The position numbers and the translations under genes are program-made. A DNA stretch of 64,000 nt from Candidatus Bathyarchaeota archaeon. GTDB taxonomy: Archaea > Thermoproteota > Bathyarchaeia > TCS64. A model generated the notes under the pieces. The model was given only the letters and a program-made list of their open reading frames with translations, did no database searches and was not told where the DNA came from. Where the stretch lies: assembly GCA_963771885.1 (NCBI GenBank), contig CAVYVF010000023.1, positions 480,001 to 544,000 of the forward strand, in the 5' to 3' direction. Below are positions 34,121 to 43,669 of the stretch, piece by piece. Each line of letters opens with the position of its first letter. Within the stretch, counting starts at the first letter, position 1.

Positions 34121-34203
34121 TGCTATCAGGGTAGAAGACCCCTATTGTGGATATAACGTCAACCATCGAATACGCTAAACGCGCGTGAGGCACAGAATCC
34201 TTC

Positions 34204-34488
34204 ATGGTCGGCACACGTAGGTACGTCGTCATTGATGACCGCGACAACGTCGCCACGGTCGTTGAGACGCTCAGGAAAGGTGAGGTCGTCGAGGTTGGCG
34301 GCGCCAGGCTCAGGCTGCTAAGGGACATCCCTGAAGGGCACAAGTTCGCGCTCGCCAAGATACCGAAGGGCGACTACGTCGTCAAGTACGGCGAGTGGAT
34401 TGGTAGAGCGACCGCAGACATAGCCGCAGGCGACCACGCACACGTCCAGAACGTCGAGGACATAGTCGACGAGGTGAGGAAGCTATGA
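34204..34488 (+). CDS. SAF-domain small subunit of UxaA/SuyA-type lyase
   Basis: DNVAT, IPEGHKFAL, VVKYGE.IG.A, HAHVQN. Confidence 0.9.
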   Translation: MVGTRRYVVIDDRDNVATVVETLRKGEVVEVGGARLRLLRDIPEGHKFALAKIPKGDYVVKYGEWIGRATADIAAGDHAHVQNVEDIVDEVRKL

Positions 34489-35637
34489 GAACCACATTCA
34501 AAGGCTATCGCCGTGCAGACGGGCGGGTAGGCGTCCGCAACTACGTTGCTGTGGTACCAACTGTCCTCTGTAGCGTCTCAGTCGCGAGAAGCATCGCCGA
34601 GGCGACGAAGACAAACGCCTTCCCACACGAGGGGGGATGTGGGCAGGTCGGCCCAGAAAAGGATCACACCCTACGGGTACTGCAGGGCGTGGTCAGCCAC
34701 CCCAACATCGGTGCTGTCCTCACCGTCGGGCTGAGCTGCGAGCAGATAGATGCCAAAAAACTCGCCGAGGCGGCAGGGGATAAGCCGACCCGCAATATCA
34801 GGATACATGACGCCGGCGGCAACATGAAGGCGGTTAAGAAGGGTATAGAACTCGTCAAGGAGCTCAAGACGGAGATATGCGGGCGCCAAAAGGACGCGGA
34901 TAGACGTCGCGGAGCTCACCATCGCCACACAGTGCGGGAGCAGCGACACCGGCTCAGGCATCGCCTCCAACCCTGCGGTAGGTGCCATGGCGGACAGGCA
35001 CATCGAGCATGGAGGCGCCGTAATCCTCGGGGAGACCGGTGGACTCTACGGCGCAGCAGGCCTCATGGCGAGGAGGGCCGCCACCAAGGAGATAGGAGAC
35101 GAGATAATCGCGATGACCGACAGGCTCGAGGAGTACTACAGGCGGATGGGTCGCAGCCTCCGTGAGGGTAACCCGACTCCAGGCAACATCGCAGGCGGCC
35201 TCACGACGCTAGTGGAGAAGAGTCTCGGCGGCGTCAGGAAGGGCGGTACAACCATGATACAGGGCGTCCTCGGCCCCGGCGAGAGGATAACGGGCAAGGG
35301 GCTCTGGGTGATGAACACTAGCCACGGCATCGGCAGCTGCGCCGCCGCTGACATGCTCGCTTCAGGGGCACAGCTACTCGCCTACACGACAGGCGGCGGA
35401 AACCCCATAGGTAACCCACTCGCCCCCGTCGTCAAGATCACAGCCACGAGGCGGACCATAGAACGCCTCGACGACATAATCGACTTCGACGCGAGCCCGG
35501 TCCTCCGAGGAGATGAGACAGTCAAGCAATGTGGCGACCGCCTCCTGAACTCCATAATAACATTCGCAAATGGGAGGAAGGTGCAGGCTGAGAAGACGCG
35601 CCACACAGCCTTCGCAATCGGCGACGTGACGCTATAA
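34485..35637 (+). CDS. UxaA/GarD/SuyB family dehydratase large subunit (apparent frameshift near 34882)
   Basis: GYRRADGRVGVRN, HPNIG, QCGSSD..SGIASNPAVG, NPTPGNIAGGLTTLVEKSLG. Confidence 0.88.
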
Positions 35638-35651
35638 GAAAAATGAGTCAG

Positions 35652-37751
35652 CTAGTAGCCGGGGAAGCGTCCCCTTTTTTCGAGCTCGAGGAGGGCCGCC
35701 CACTCCGTCGCGGCGTCCTTCTGCAGGAACTCAAGCTGCCCCTCGGTCAGGTGACGGAAACGCCCCTGAGGTTTAAGGTACTCCGCGATTGGGCGGAGCT
35801 CCTTAGGCTTAAGGTTGAGCTTGAAATTGCCCTCATCGATCTCCATCAGTGGCCAGGCCCCCGTCTGGACGGCGAGCTTGCCGATCTCCACGGTCTTGTT
35901 CTCTGGGAAGTACCAGCCGGTCGCGCATGGTTGGTGGACATGGAGGAAGGCGAGGCCTTTCCCCGCCTTCGTCACCTCGACCGCCTTCTTTATCTTCCTC
36001 TCTAGGTCGGGGAGGTAACTGAGACTCGCGGTGGCGATGTAGGGGATTCTGTGTGCCGCCATTATCATCTCGAGGTTCTTGCGCCTCACCTGCTTTCCGA
36101 GAATCACCTTGCCCGCCGGCGTCGTCGTGGTGGCGCTGAAGAGAGGCGTAGAGCCGCTGCGCTGTATGCCCGTGTTCATGTAGGCCTCGTTGTCGTAGCA
36201 GAGCCACATGATTGGCTCACCGCGCTCCGCTGCGCCGGATAGACTCTGTAGCCCGATGTCCGCGGTTCCGCCGTCTCCAGCGAAGCTGGTTATATAGACC
36301 TTGTCCGCCTTGCCCTTCTTCTTCATGGCGCGATAGACGCCTGTCTCGTAGGCTGCCGCTGCCGCGAAGTTTGCGAGTATCCAGGGGACGCGTACGGCTT
36401 GGCCGTAGTTGACTCCGCTGCAACTCGGTGGGTTGATGACTATCGTGTTGGGGCCGAGTACCTTGAGGAGGTGTCTGACGATTATGCTGGCTCCGCAGCC
36501 CGCGCAGCCATCGCTTGCAGGGTATATGGGCTCGTCCCAGTCGAGCTGGACGGGCTTGTTCATCGGCGACATCTTGTGCTCGATGAACTCGACCTCCCTC
36601 TCGACCTTCTTCGCTTTGGCGACCGCGAGAACCTTCTTACCCATAAGGTACATGTCATCGATTGGTATGTCCTCGCCGCCCATGCCGGTGACGAAACCCT
36701 GTATCGGGATCTTGACGCCGCTGTTGTAGAGGGCACCTTTAACATCCTGGAATGCTCCTCCACCGCGGGTGCCGTGGTTCATCATGCGGTCGACAACGCC
36801 TATCGCCTTGGCATTGCTTGCGATCTCCCTGATCTCTGTGTCGGGGAACGGACGCATGAAGCGGAGCTTGACTAGGCCTATCTTCTCGCCCTCGGCGCGT
36901 AGCTTGTCAATGGCGCGGCGACCTGCGGTCGTCATGCTGCCCATCGTTACGAGTAACGCCTCGGCGCCCTCAGTCTTATACTCCTCAACGAGTCCGCCGT
37001 AGCTACGACCGAAGGTCTTGGCGAAGCTCGCATCTACCTCCTTGATCACTTGCCTACTGTCCTGGAGTATCTCCTCGTAGATGCGCCTCATCGGGGTGTG
37101 CATCGTCGGTGGGATGCTGGCGGTGGGGAATTTGTCATTGATTGTGGGGTCAATTGGGTACGGCGCCTTGTAGGGTGGGAGCCACTTGTCGACGACCTCC
37201 TGGTCGGGCATCCAGACTCTCTCCTGGCTGTAGCTAAGGAAGAAACCGTCAAGGCTCATCATCGTCGGGAGCAATACGCGATAATCCTCCGCAATCTTGT
37301 AGAGCTGGAGGGTCATATCTAGAACCTCCTGGTTGCTCTCGGCGAAGTTTACTAGGTAGCCGAGGTTTAACTCGGGCATGATGTCGCTGTAATCAGGGCC
37401 TAGGCTCCAGTACCAACCGAGAGTCCTGTTGCTTACGCCTAGCAGTAGCGGGGTGCGGTAGTTGACCGCCTGCGCCACGCACTCATGCATGTAGGCGAGG
37501 CCTTGGCTGCAGGTGCTGGTAAAGACACGCGCCCCAGCAAGGGCGGCGCCCACCGCCATCGCCATACAGCTATGCTCGCCGTCTGCATGTATGTACTCGG
37601 CGTCGAGCTCACCGTTGGCGACGAACTCGGCTAGGTACTCAATGATCGTTGTCTGGGGCGTGATTGGGTAGGCGGGTATGACCTCCACCCTCGCGAGCTT
37701 GACGCCGTATGCCAGTGCCTTGTTGCCCTGTATTACGTCAAAGTCTGCCAT
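35652..37751 (-). CDS. 2-oxoacid:ferredoxin oxidoreductase, fused alpha+beta subunits
   Basis: Alpha AYPITPQT and TCSQGL plus beta GCAGCG, GDGG, DNEAYMNTGIQRS in one 699-aa ORF. Confidence 0.92.
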   Translation of the reverse strand: MADFDVIQGNKALAYGVKLARVEVIPAYPITPQTTIIEYLAEFVANGELDAEYIHADGEHSCMAMAVGAALAGARVFTSTCSQGLAYMHECVAQAVNYRTPLLLGVSNRTLGWYWSLGPDYSDIMPELNLGYLVNFAESNQEVLDMTLQLYKIAEDYRVLLPTMMSLDGFFLSYSQERVWMPDQEVVDKWLPPYKAPYPIDPTINDKFPTASIPPTMHTPMRRIYEEILQDSRQVIKEVDASFAKTFGRSYGGLVEEYKTEGAEALLVTMGSMTTAGRRAIDKLRAEGEKIGLVKLRFMRPFPDTEIREIASNAKAIGVVDRMMNHGTRGGGAFQDVKGALYNSGVKIPIQGFVTGMGGEDIPIDDMYLMGKKVLAVAKAKKVEREVEFIEHKMSPMNKPVQLDWDEPIYPASDGCAGCGASIIVRHLLKVLGPNTIVINPPSCSGVNYGQAVRVPWILANFAAAAAYETGVYRAMKKKGKADKVYITSFAGDGGTADIGLQSLSGAAERGEPIMWLCYDNEAYMNTGIQRSGSTPLFSATTTTPAGKVILGKQVRRKNLEMIMAAHRIPYIATASLSYLPDLERKIKKAVEVTKAGKGLAFLHVHQPCATGWYFPENKTVEIGKLAVQTGAWPLMEIDEGNFKLNLKPKELRPIAEYLKPQGRFRHLTEGQLEFLQKDAATEWAALLELEKRGRFPGY

Positions 37752-38027
37752 CTACGCAACCTCCTTCTTCATTTCTATCGCCTTTGAGGGACACTCGTTG
37801 GCGCATACGCCGCAGCCCTTGCAGAAGCGCATGTCGATCTTGGGCTTGACCTTCGGCTTGCCAGTGATGGCTGCCTCGGGGCAAATGGTGGCGCATAAGC
37901 CACATGCGACGCACTTCGACTCATCGATCACTGGCATTAGCACACGCCAGTTCCCAACGTACTGGCCTCCCCTAATGGATGTGTCCATCAGGGCGAATCC
38001 CTTGATTACACTCTTATCCTGGCTCAC
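37752..38027 (-). CDS. 2-oxoacid:ferredoxin oxidoreductase delta subunit
   Basis: GNWR..PVID, CVACGLC..CP, CKGCGVCANECP. Confidence 0.92.
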   Translation of the reverse strand: MSQDKSVIKGFALMDTSIRGGQYVGNWRVLMPVIDESKCVACGLCATICPEAAITGKPKVKPKIDMRFCKGCGVCANECPSKAIEMKKEVA

Positions 38028-38584
38028 AGCGTCTTCACCTCAACCGTATCGTACCCCATCTTTACCGCGCCCTTGTTCGTCGCGGCGAGCTTCGCGGGGA
38101 ACCTCTTATCTATCGCCTTGTCGATGGACTCAATTTTCAGGAGACCGGTCGCTTTGGCGAATGCACCTAGCATCACCGTGTTAGGGATGGGGCGCCCTAT
38201 GACGCGCTGGGCTATCCCCGTCGCATCCACGACGGCAATCTTTCCTAGCTTCGCTTTGAATAGCTTCACAGCCTCGTCCGCTTTCTTCGTAGTATTGTAG
38301 ATAACAACACCACCTGGGACTAAGCCAGTTGTGACGTCCATGATCTCCGGCATCGGTGGGTCAAGCACAATAAGGTACTTGGGGTAGTAGATCATGGATC
38401 GGGTCGCCTCTGACTCATCCCCTATCTGGGCGAAGGCGAGCACCGGGGCGCCACGCCTCGCGGACCCGTACATGGGGAAAGCTCTGCAGAACTTGCCCTC
38501 GTAAGAGGCGGCAATCGCGATGAGCTCACCGGCAGCGACGACGCCTTGGCCGCCCTGACCGTGGAGCCTAATTTCCTCTACCAT
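38024..38584 (-). CDS. 2-oxoacid:ferredoxin oxidoreductase gamma subunit
   Basis: EIRLHGQGGQG, YGSARRGAPV, PNTVMLGA. Confidence 0.92.
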   Translation of the reverse strand: MVEEIRLHGQGGQGVVAAGELIAIAASYEGKFCRAFPMYGSARRGAPVLAFAQIGDESEATRSMIYYPKYLIVLDPPMPEIMDVTTGLVPGGVVIYNTTKKADEAVKLFKAKLGKIAVVDATGIAQRVIGRPIPNTVMLGAFAKATGLLKIESIDKAIDKRFPAKLAATNKGAVKMGYDTVEVKTL

Positions 38585-38792
38585 GGTTCAAACCTCATAA
38601 ACAGATACGGGTCGAGGCACAGGACACGGCGAGGCTATGCGGGGCTGCCTTGACCATCCTCGACTCCTTGTGACTTCGATTGTAGGGGTTATAAGGTTTC
38701 TCAGAGTCTGAATATACACTAATTATTCCTAGAGGACTTATGAGGTGGGCGTAACCGTTATTATCGCGGCGGCGTTAGCGTCTTCGATCGCC

Positions 38793-39998
38793 TTGCTAGA
38801 CTCCAAGAAGTTCTACTCGAAGCTCGGCAACATGTTCCCGCCTGGTGAGATGAATTCGATACTCCTCCCCAAGCCCGGGGTGAAGATGATCAGGTTCACC
38901 GGCGGCAGCTATGACGTCCCCAGCCTCCCCACGGCGGAGGTTAAGCAAATATTCGCCGAAGCCTCGCCGCAGGCGTGGGCCGAGATGCTCCAGTACGGAG
39001 GCACAGCGGGCATGCCCTCCCTCCTAAAGGAGCTATCAACGTTTATGGCGGGTCACAAGATCAAGGCCGACCCAGCAAAGGAGATCATAGTCACGACGGG
39101 CAGCCAGGAGGCGATCGAGCTCGTCAGCAGAGTCTTCGTCAACAAGGGGGACAACATACTCATCGGCGCCCCCACATACCTGCAGGCGCTATCCGCCTTC
39201 AAGGCCGAGTACCCAAAGTTCGTCGACATACCCATCGATGCCGACGGCATGGACACACAAGTGCTCGAGGAGAAGCTGAAAAAACTCAAGGCGAACGGCA
39301 AGAAGGCAAAGCTCCTCTACATAATACCCAGCTTCCAGAACCCGGACAGCAGCCTCATGACGATGGAGCGCCGTAAGGCGGTGCTAGAGCTCGCCGAGGC
39401 GCACGACTTCATAATCTTCGAGGACAACCCCTACGGCTACATTAGCTTCGAGGGGCCGATGCCGACGCCCCTTTCGGGGATGGACAAGTCGGGCCGAGTC
39501 ATGTACACGAGCACGTTCAGTAAGATGGTGTCACCGGGAATGAGGATCGGGTGGATCACGGCTAACCCCGACTTCACAGGTCACATGATAGAGGCGAAGA
39601 ACAATATCAGCATCTGCAACGACGGGCTAAGCCAGTACGCCGCCGCAGAGCTCTTCAAGCGCGGCGATGTCGACCGCCAGATACCTAAGGTCACAAAGGT
39701 CTACAGAAAGAAGAGGGACGTAATGCTCGAGGCTATGGAGACGAGCTTTCCCAGGAAAGCTAAGTGGGAGACGCCAAAGGGTGGCCTCTTCCTCTGGGTC
39801 AAGACGCCGAGGAGCTTCAACGCCTCGGCCATGCTGAAGGACGCCGTCGCCAAGGGCGTCGCATTCGTCCCCGGGAGCCTGTTCTTCTCCAAGCCTGTCC
39901 ACAACTACATGCGTCTCAACTACAGTCTCCCCACCGAAGAGGAGATAGTGACGGGCATACAGGTGTTAGGCAGGCTCCTCAAGGAGAAGCTCCAGTAG
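38793..39998 (+). CDS. Class I PLP-dependent aminotransferase (ARO8/aromatic type); start uncertain
   Basis: LQYG, TTGSQEA, PSFQNP, EDNPY, STFSK..PG.RIGW, GGLFLW. Confidence 0.92.
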   Translation: MLDSKKFYSKLGNMFPPGEMNSILLPKPGVKMIRFTGGSYDVPSLPTAEVKQIFAEASPQAWAEMLQYGGTAGMPSLLKELSTFMAGHKIKADPAKEIIVTTGSQEAIELVSRVFVNKGDNILIGAPTYLQALSAFKAEYPKFVDIPIDADGMDTQVLEEKLKKLKANGKKAKLLYIIPSFQNPDSSLMTMERRKAVLELAEAHDFIIFEDNPYGYISFEGPMPTPLSGMDKSGRVMYTSTFSKMVSPGMRIGWITANPDFTGHMIEAKNNISICNDGLSQYAAAELFKRGDVDRQIPKVTKVYRKKRDVMLEAMETSFPRKAKWETPKGGLFLWVKTPRSFNASAMLKDAVAKGVAFVPGSLFFSKPVHNYMRLNYSLPTEEEIVTGIQVLGRLLKEKLQ

Positions 39999-40007
39999 AG
40001 TCGGGGG

Positions 40008-40580
40008 GTGTTTCCCTTGGTAAGCGCCCTTATCGTCTATGGGACCCGCCTCGGCACGACGGCTGGCACCTCCGAGGAGATCGCCAATGTTCTCCGCGAG
40101 GAGGGGCTTGAGGTAAGCGTTGTTGACGCCAAGAAAGAGAAAGTCAAGGTGGTTGCCGAGTACGACCTCGTTATCGTCGGCAGCGGGATAGCGATGGGCA
40201 AGTGGACGAGCGAGCCCGAGGACTTCCTGAAGAGGTTCAGAGGGGAGTTAGCTAGTAAGAAAGTGGCGCTATTCGTCTCATGTGGTTCCGCATCTCCTTC
40301 GCCCACCGCTAAGCCCGAGGCACTTGCGCTTGCGAAGAAGAATTATCTCGACGACAAGGCAGCCCTGTACGGGCTGAACCCCGTCGCACTCGGCTTCTTC
40401 GGGGCCGCCTACGACTACAACAACATGCCATGGTGGGCGAGTATGTTCATGAACGCCGCAAAGAAGGACTTTATTGCATCCGGCGCAAAGGAGACGAAAC
40501 CCGGCTTCTACGACTCAAGGGACTGGGACGCCATCCGAAGCTGGGCGCGCGAACTCGCGGCTAAGGCACGCTCCCGCTAA
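40008..40580 (+). CDS. Flavodoxin (HemG-like) protein
   Basis: LIVYGTRLGTT, YDLVIVGSGI, DSRDWDAIRSWA. Confidence 0.88.
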   Translation: MFPLVSALIVYGTRLGTTAGTSEEIANVLREEGLEVSVVDAKKEKVKVVAEYDLVIVGSGIAMGKWTSEPEDFLKRFRGELASKKVALFVSCGSASPSPTAKPEALALAKKNYLDDKAALYGLNPVALGFFGAAYDYNNMPWWASMFMNAAKKDFIASGAKETKPGFYDSRDWDAIRSWARELAAKARSR

Positions 40581-40614
40581 CATCCTGATAAGCAACATAG
40601 AACCCTTTTCTCGC

Positions 40615-41193
40615 ATGGTCAAGGTCCTAGGTATATCTGGCAGCCCGCGAAAGGGCGGGAACACGGAGATTCTCGTCAAGACCGCACTCGAAGCGGCGAA
40701 GGGCATGGGTGCAGAGACGGAGATGATCAGGCTCAGCGAGAAGATCGTCGCGCCTTGCGACGGCTGCGCCAGCTGCGCCAAAACGAAGAAGTGTAAGACA
40801 AAGGACGACTTCGCCGAGGTCTTCGAAAAAATGACGGCCGCCGATGCGATCCTCTTCGCGAGCCCGAGCTACTTCGAGTCCGTCACCCCACAGATGAAGG
40901 CACTCATCGACAGGGCGGGCTTCTTCAACAACCGCGCCACGGGGAGGCACGCTTTCGACGGAAAGGTCGGAGGCGCCATGGCGGTCGCCTATAGGACCGG
41001 CCTCGCCACGACGTGGTGCCAGATGCTCATCTTCATACTCGCCCAGAGGATGATCGTCCCCGGAATAGCCAGCTTCCCAAACGCCATCGCCAGCGAGCCC
41101 GGCGACGTCCTAAAGGACAAGGAGGGCATGGATAAGGCAAAGGAGATCGGTGAAGCTATGGCCAAGCTGGCTCAGAGACTCGCCAAAGATTAG
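40615..41193 (+). CDS. Iron-sulfur flavoprotein
   Basis: GSPRKGGNT, CDGCASC..C..DD, ASPSYF, KALIDR. Confidence 0.92.
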   Translation: MVKVLGISGSPRKGGNTEILVKTALEAAKGMGAETEMIRLSEKIVAPCDGCASCAKTKKCKTKDDFAEVFEKMTAADAILFASPSYFESVTPQMKALIDRAGFFNNRATGRHAFDGKVGGAMAVAYRTGLATTWCQMLIFILAQRMIVPGIASFPNAIASEPGDVLKDKEGMDKAKEIGEAMAKLAQRLAKD

Positions 41194-41535
41194 TTACTTC
41201 TCGACCTCGAATTGCGGCTCAGGAATAGGAGCAGAGCGATAAGGACCCATCTTATCATAGAGGTCAACCACCGCATTCCTCAGGGCGAGGTCAAGCCTCG
41301 TGAACGGCTTAGCCTCCTTCTGGTACAGAACGGCGCGGTAGGGCTCCAACCTGGCGCTGAGGGTATCCGCGGCGACCTTCACCTCACCCCTCTCCCTCCA
41401 CTGGTAGACCAGACTCCCAACCTCATGCGGTGTCGTCAAGACAGTGACCCTGAAGGAGCCGCTTAGCATCGACTTCGTCCTCTCCAGATCGAGTGGCGTG
41501 TTCCACCTGAATCTGACATGATGATAGGGCTCCAT
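41194..41535 (-). CDS. Hypothetical protein, paralog of 41558-41941
   Basis: PYHHVRFRW..PLDLE, ADTLSA..PYRAVLYQ.E..PFT. Confidence 0.75.
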   Translation of the reverse strand: MEPYHHVRFRWNTPLDLERTKSMLSGSFRVTVLTTPHEVGSLVYQWRERGEVKVAADTLSARLEPYRAVLYQKEAKPFTRLDLALRNAVVDLYDKMGPYRSAPIPEPQFEVEK

Positions 41536-41557
41536 AACCTTCAAGTGATTCTTCTCG

Positions 41558-41941
41558 TCAAGGCGGGATAGGCTTTTCGGTGTCCCGCCCCTCAACCTCG
41601 TATCTGGGCTCGGAGTCTCCGCCCCAGGGGAAGGGTGTCGGAGTCGTCTTATCGTAGTTCTTGAGAACCCAGGCCCGGAGGCGGAGATCCTTCTCCGTGA
41701 ACGGCCTGCGCTCCCTCTGGTAGAGGACCGCCCTGTAGGGGCTCACGGCGGCGGAGAGCGTGTCGGCGTGGGCGATGACCTCGTCCCTCTGGTCGCCGTA
41801 GAGTGTGAGCTCGACGGCGTCCTTTGGCCGGACTCTCTTCGTGGCTGCGAAGTCGGCGCCCAGCTCCGCCGTGGCGGCCTCGAGGTCGAGGGGCCTCATC
41901 CAGCGGAACCTCGAGTAGTGGTATGGTCTCGACAAGATCAT
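41558..41941 (-). CDS. Hypothetical protein, paralog of 41194-41535
   Basis: PYHYSRFRW..PLDLE, ADTLSA..PYRAVLYQ.E..PFT. Confidence 0.75.
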   Translation of the reverse strand: MILSRPYHYSRFRWMRPLDLEAATAELGADFAATKRVRPKDAVELTLYGDQRDEVIAHADTLSAAVSPYRAVLYQRERRPFTEKDLRLRAWVLKNYDKTTPTPFPWGGDSEPRYEVEGRDTEKPIPP

Positions 41942-42030
41942 CTCCGTGATCCCTCAGAAGCGCTGCGTATAGGGATGACGCCTCTCTATATGCTAAACCA
42001 TTTATCGCATGCATCACACAGCGTATCCGT

Positions 42031-43620
42031 GTGAGGGTTTTGAAGTACGACATTTTATTCAAGGGTGGCAGAGTCGTCGACGGCTCGGGGAACACTTGGT
42101 TCCGCGCCGACGTCGGCGTAGTTGGGGACAAGATCGAGGCCGTGGGCGACCTGGGCAGCGCATCAGCGGCGAGGAAGGTGAACGTCAAGGGACACATAGT
42201 CGCCCCGGGCTTTATGGACATACACAGCCATAGCGACGTCCCACTCCTAGTCGATCCGCACGTCGAGTCCAAAGTCTACCAGGGCATCACTGTCGAGGTC
42301 GTCGGCAACTGCGGCAGCAGCGCAGCGCCGATGAACATGTCAGTGAAAGCGTACCGGGAGAAGTACGGCCGCGGCGGCGTCCCCGACGACTTCCAGTACG
42401 ATTGGTCCACGATGAAGAGCTACATGGACAGGGTTGACAGGCAGGGATGCTCTTTCAACGTTGCGACGTGGGTGGGTCACGGCACTGTGCGCCAGAACGT
42501 CATGGGATACGAGGACAGAGTACCCACTGACACCGAGTTGATGAAGATGAGGAAGCTGGTCGCCGACGCGATGCGGGACGGTGCCTACGGCATGAGCACC
42601 GGCCTCATCTACCCGCCAAGCGTCTACGGGAAGACCCCCGAAATAATTGAGCTGGCGAAGGAGTCGGCAAAGCGCGGCGGCATCTACGCGAGCCACATTA
42701 GGGGTGAAGAGGACTACTCCCTCATACCCGCAGTCAAGGAGGCTATTGAGATTGGCGAGAAGGCGAGTCTGCCCGTTCAAATAGCCCACTTCAAGGCATC
42801 CGGTAAGAAGGCGTGGGGTATGGTGAAGCAAAGTCTCGCACTCGTCGAGGAGGCGCGCGCCAGAGGCGTCGACGTCACATACGACCAGTATCCATATATC
42901 GCATCTAGCACGGGGCTCGCCGCGGTGCTCCCCCACTGGGCGCACGAGGGGGGACCCGAGAAGATGATGGAGCGCCTACGCGACCCCGAGCTCCGGAAGA
43001 GGATGTGGAAGGAGCAGAGGATTGACCGCGACTGGGATGGCGTCCTAGTCGTCTTCGCCAAGAACAACCCACAGTACAACGGCAAGACCATCGCCGAGAT
43101 CGCCAAGGAGCAGAAGAAGGCTCCGCAGGAGGCGGCATATGATCTGTTGCTCGCGGAGAACACGGTTGTCCCAGCCGTAATGTTCGGGATGAGTGAGGAA
43201 GACGTGAAGTACGTCATGAGTAGCCCCATCGGGATGATTGGGAGCGACGGCTCCGCCATCAGCCCGAAGGGCATCCTCGGCATAGGTAGACCGCACCCAC
43301 GCTTCTACGGCACCTTCCCCCGCGTCCTCGGCAAGTACGCGCGAGACGAGAAGGTCATCAGCATTGAAGAGGCGGTCCGTAAGATGACGAGCGCCCCCGC
43401 CCAGCGCCTCGGCCTCAAGAACCGCGGCCTGCTCCGCGAGGGCTTCAAGGCGGACATTGTCGTCTTCAACCCGGAGACGGTCAGGGACGAGGCGACCTTC
43501 GCCGACCCCCACAGATTCGCGTCGGGGATACCTTTCGTCGTCTGCAACGGCGTCTTCACCATCGACAAGGGGAGGCACACCGGCGCACTCCCAGGGAAGA
43601 TGCTTAGGAAGGGACAGTGA
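42031..43620 (+). CDS. N-acyl-D-amino-acid deacylase family amidohydrolase
   Basis: PGFMDIHSHSD, GNCG, STGLIYPP, SHIRGE, DQYPY, HPRFYGTFPRVLG. Confidence 0.93.
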   Translation: MRVLKYDILFKGGRVVDGSGNTWFRADVGVVGDKIEAVGDLGSASAARKVNVKGHIVAPGFMDIHSHSDVPLLVDPHVESKVYQGITVEVVGNCGSSAAPMNMSVKAYREKYGRGGVPDDFQYDWSTMKSYMDRVDRQGCSFNVATWVGHGTVRQNVMGYEDRVPTDTELMKMRKLVADAMRDGAYGMSTGLIYPPSVYGKTPEIIELAKESAKRGGIYASHIRGEEDYSLIPAVKEAIEIGEKASLPVQIAHFKASGKKAWGMVKQSLALVEEARARGVDVTYDQYPYIASSTGLAAVLPHWAHEGGPEKMMERLRDPELRKRMWKEQRIDRDWDGVLVVFAKNNPQYNGKTIAEIAKEQKKAPQEAAYDLLLAENTVVPAVMFGMSEEDVKYVMSSPIGMIGSDGSAISPKGILGIGRPHPRFYGTFPRVLGKYARDEKVISIEEAVRKMTSAPAQRLGLKNRGLLREGFKADIVVFNPETVRDEATFADPHRFASGIPFVVCNGVFTIDKGRHTGALPGKMLRKGQ

Positions 43621-43669
43621 GCAAGCGCCTTTTACTCCGGCGCGCCCCCCTTTCTCACAGGTACTTATC

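Noticed and set aside
38585..38670. TPP riboswitch ahead of the oxidoreductase operon
   Set aside because: ACCCGUAUC is present but the UGAGA and CUGAU core motifs are absent
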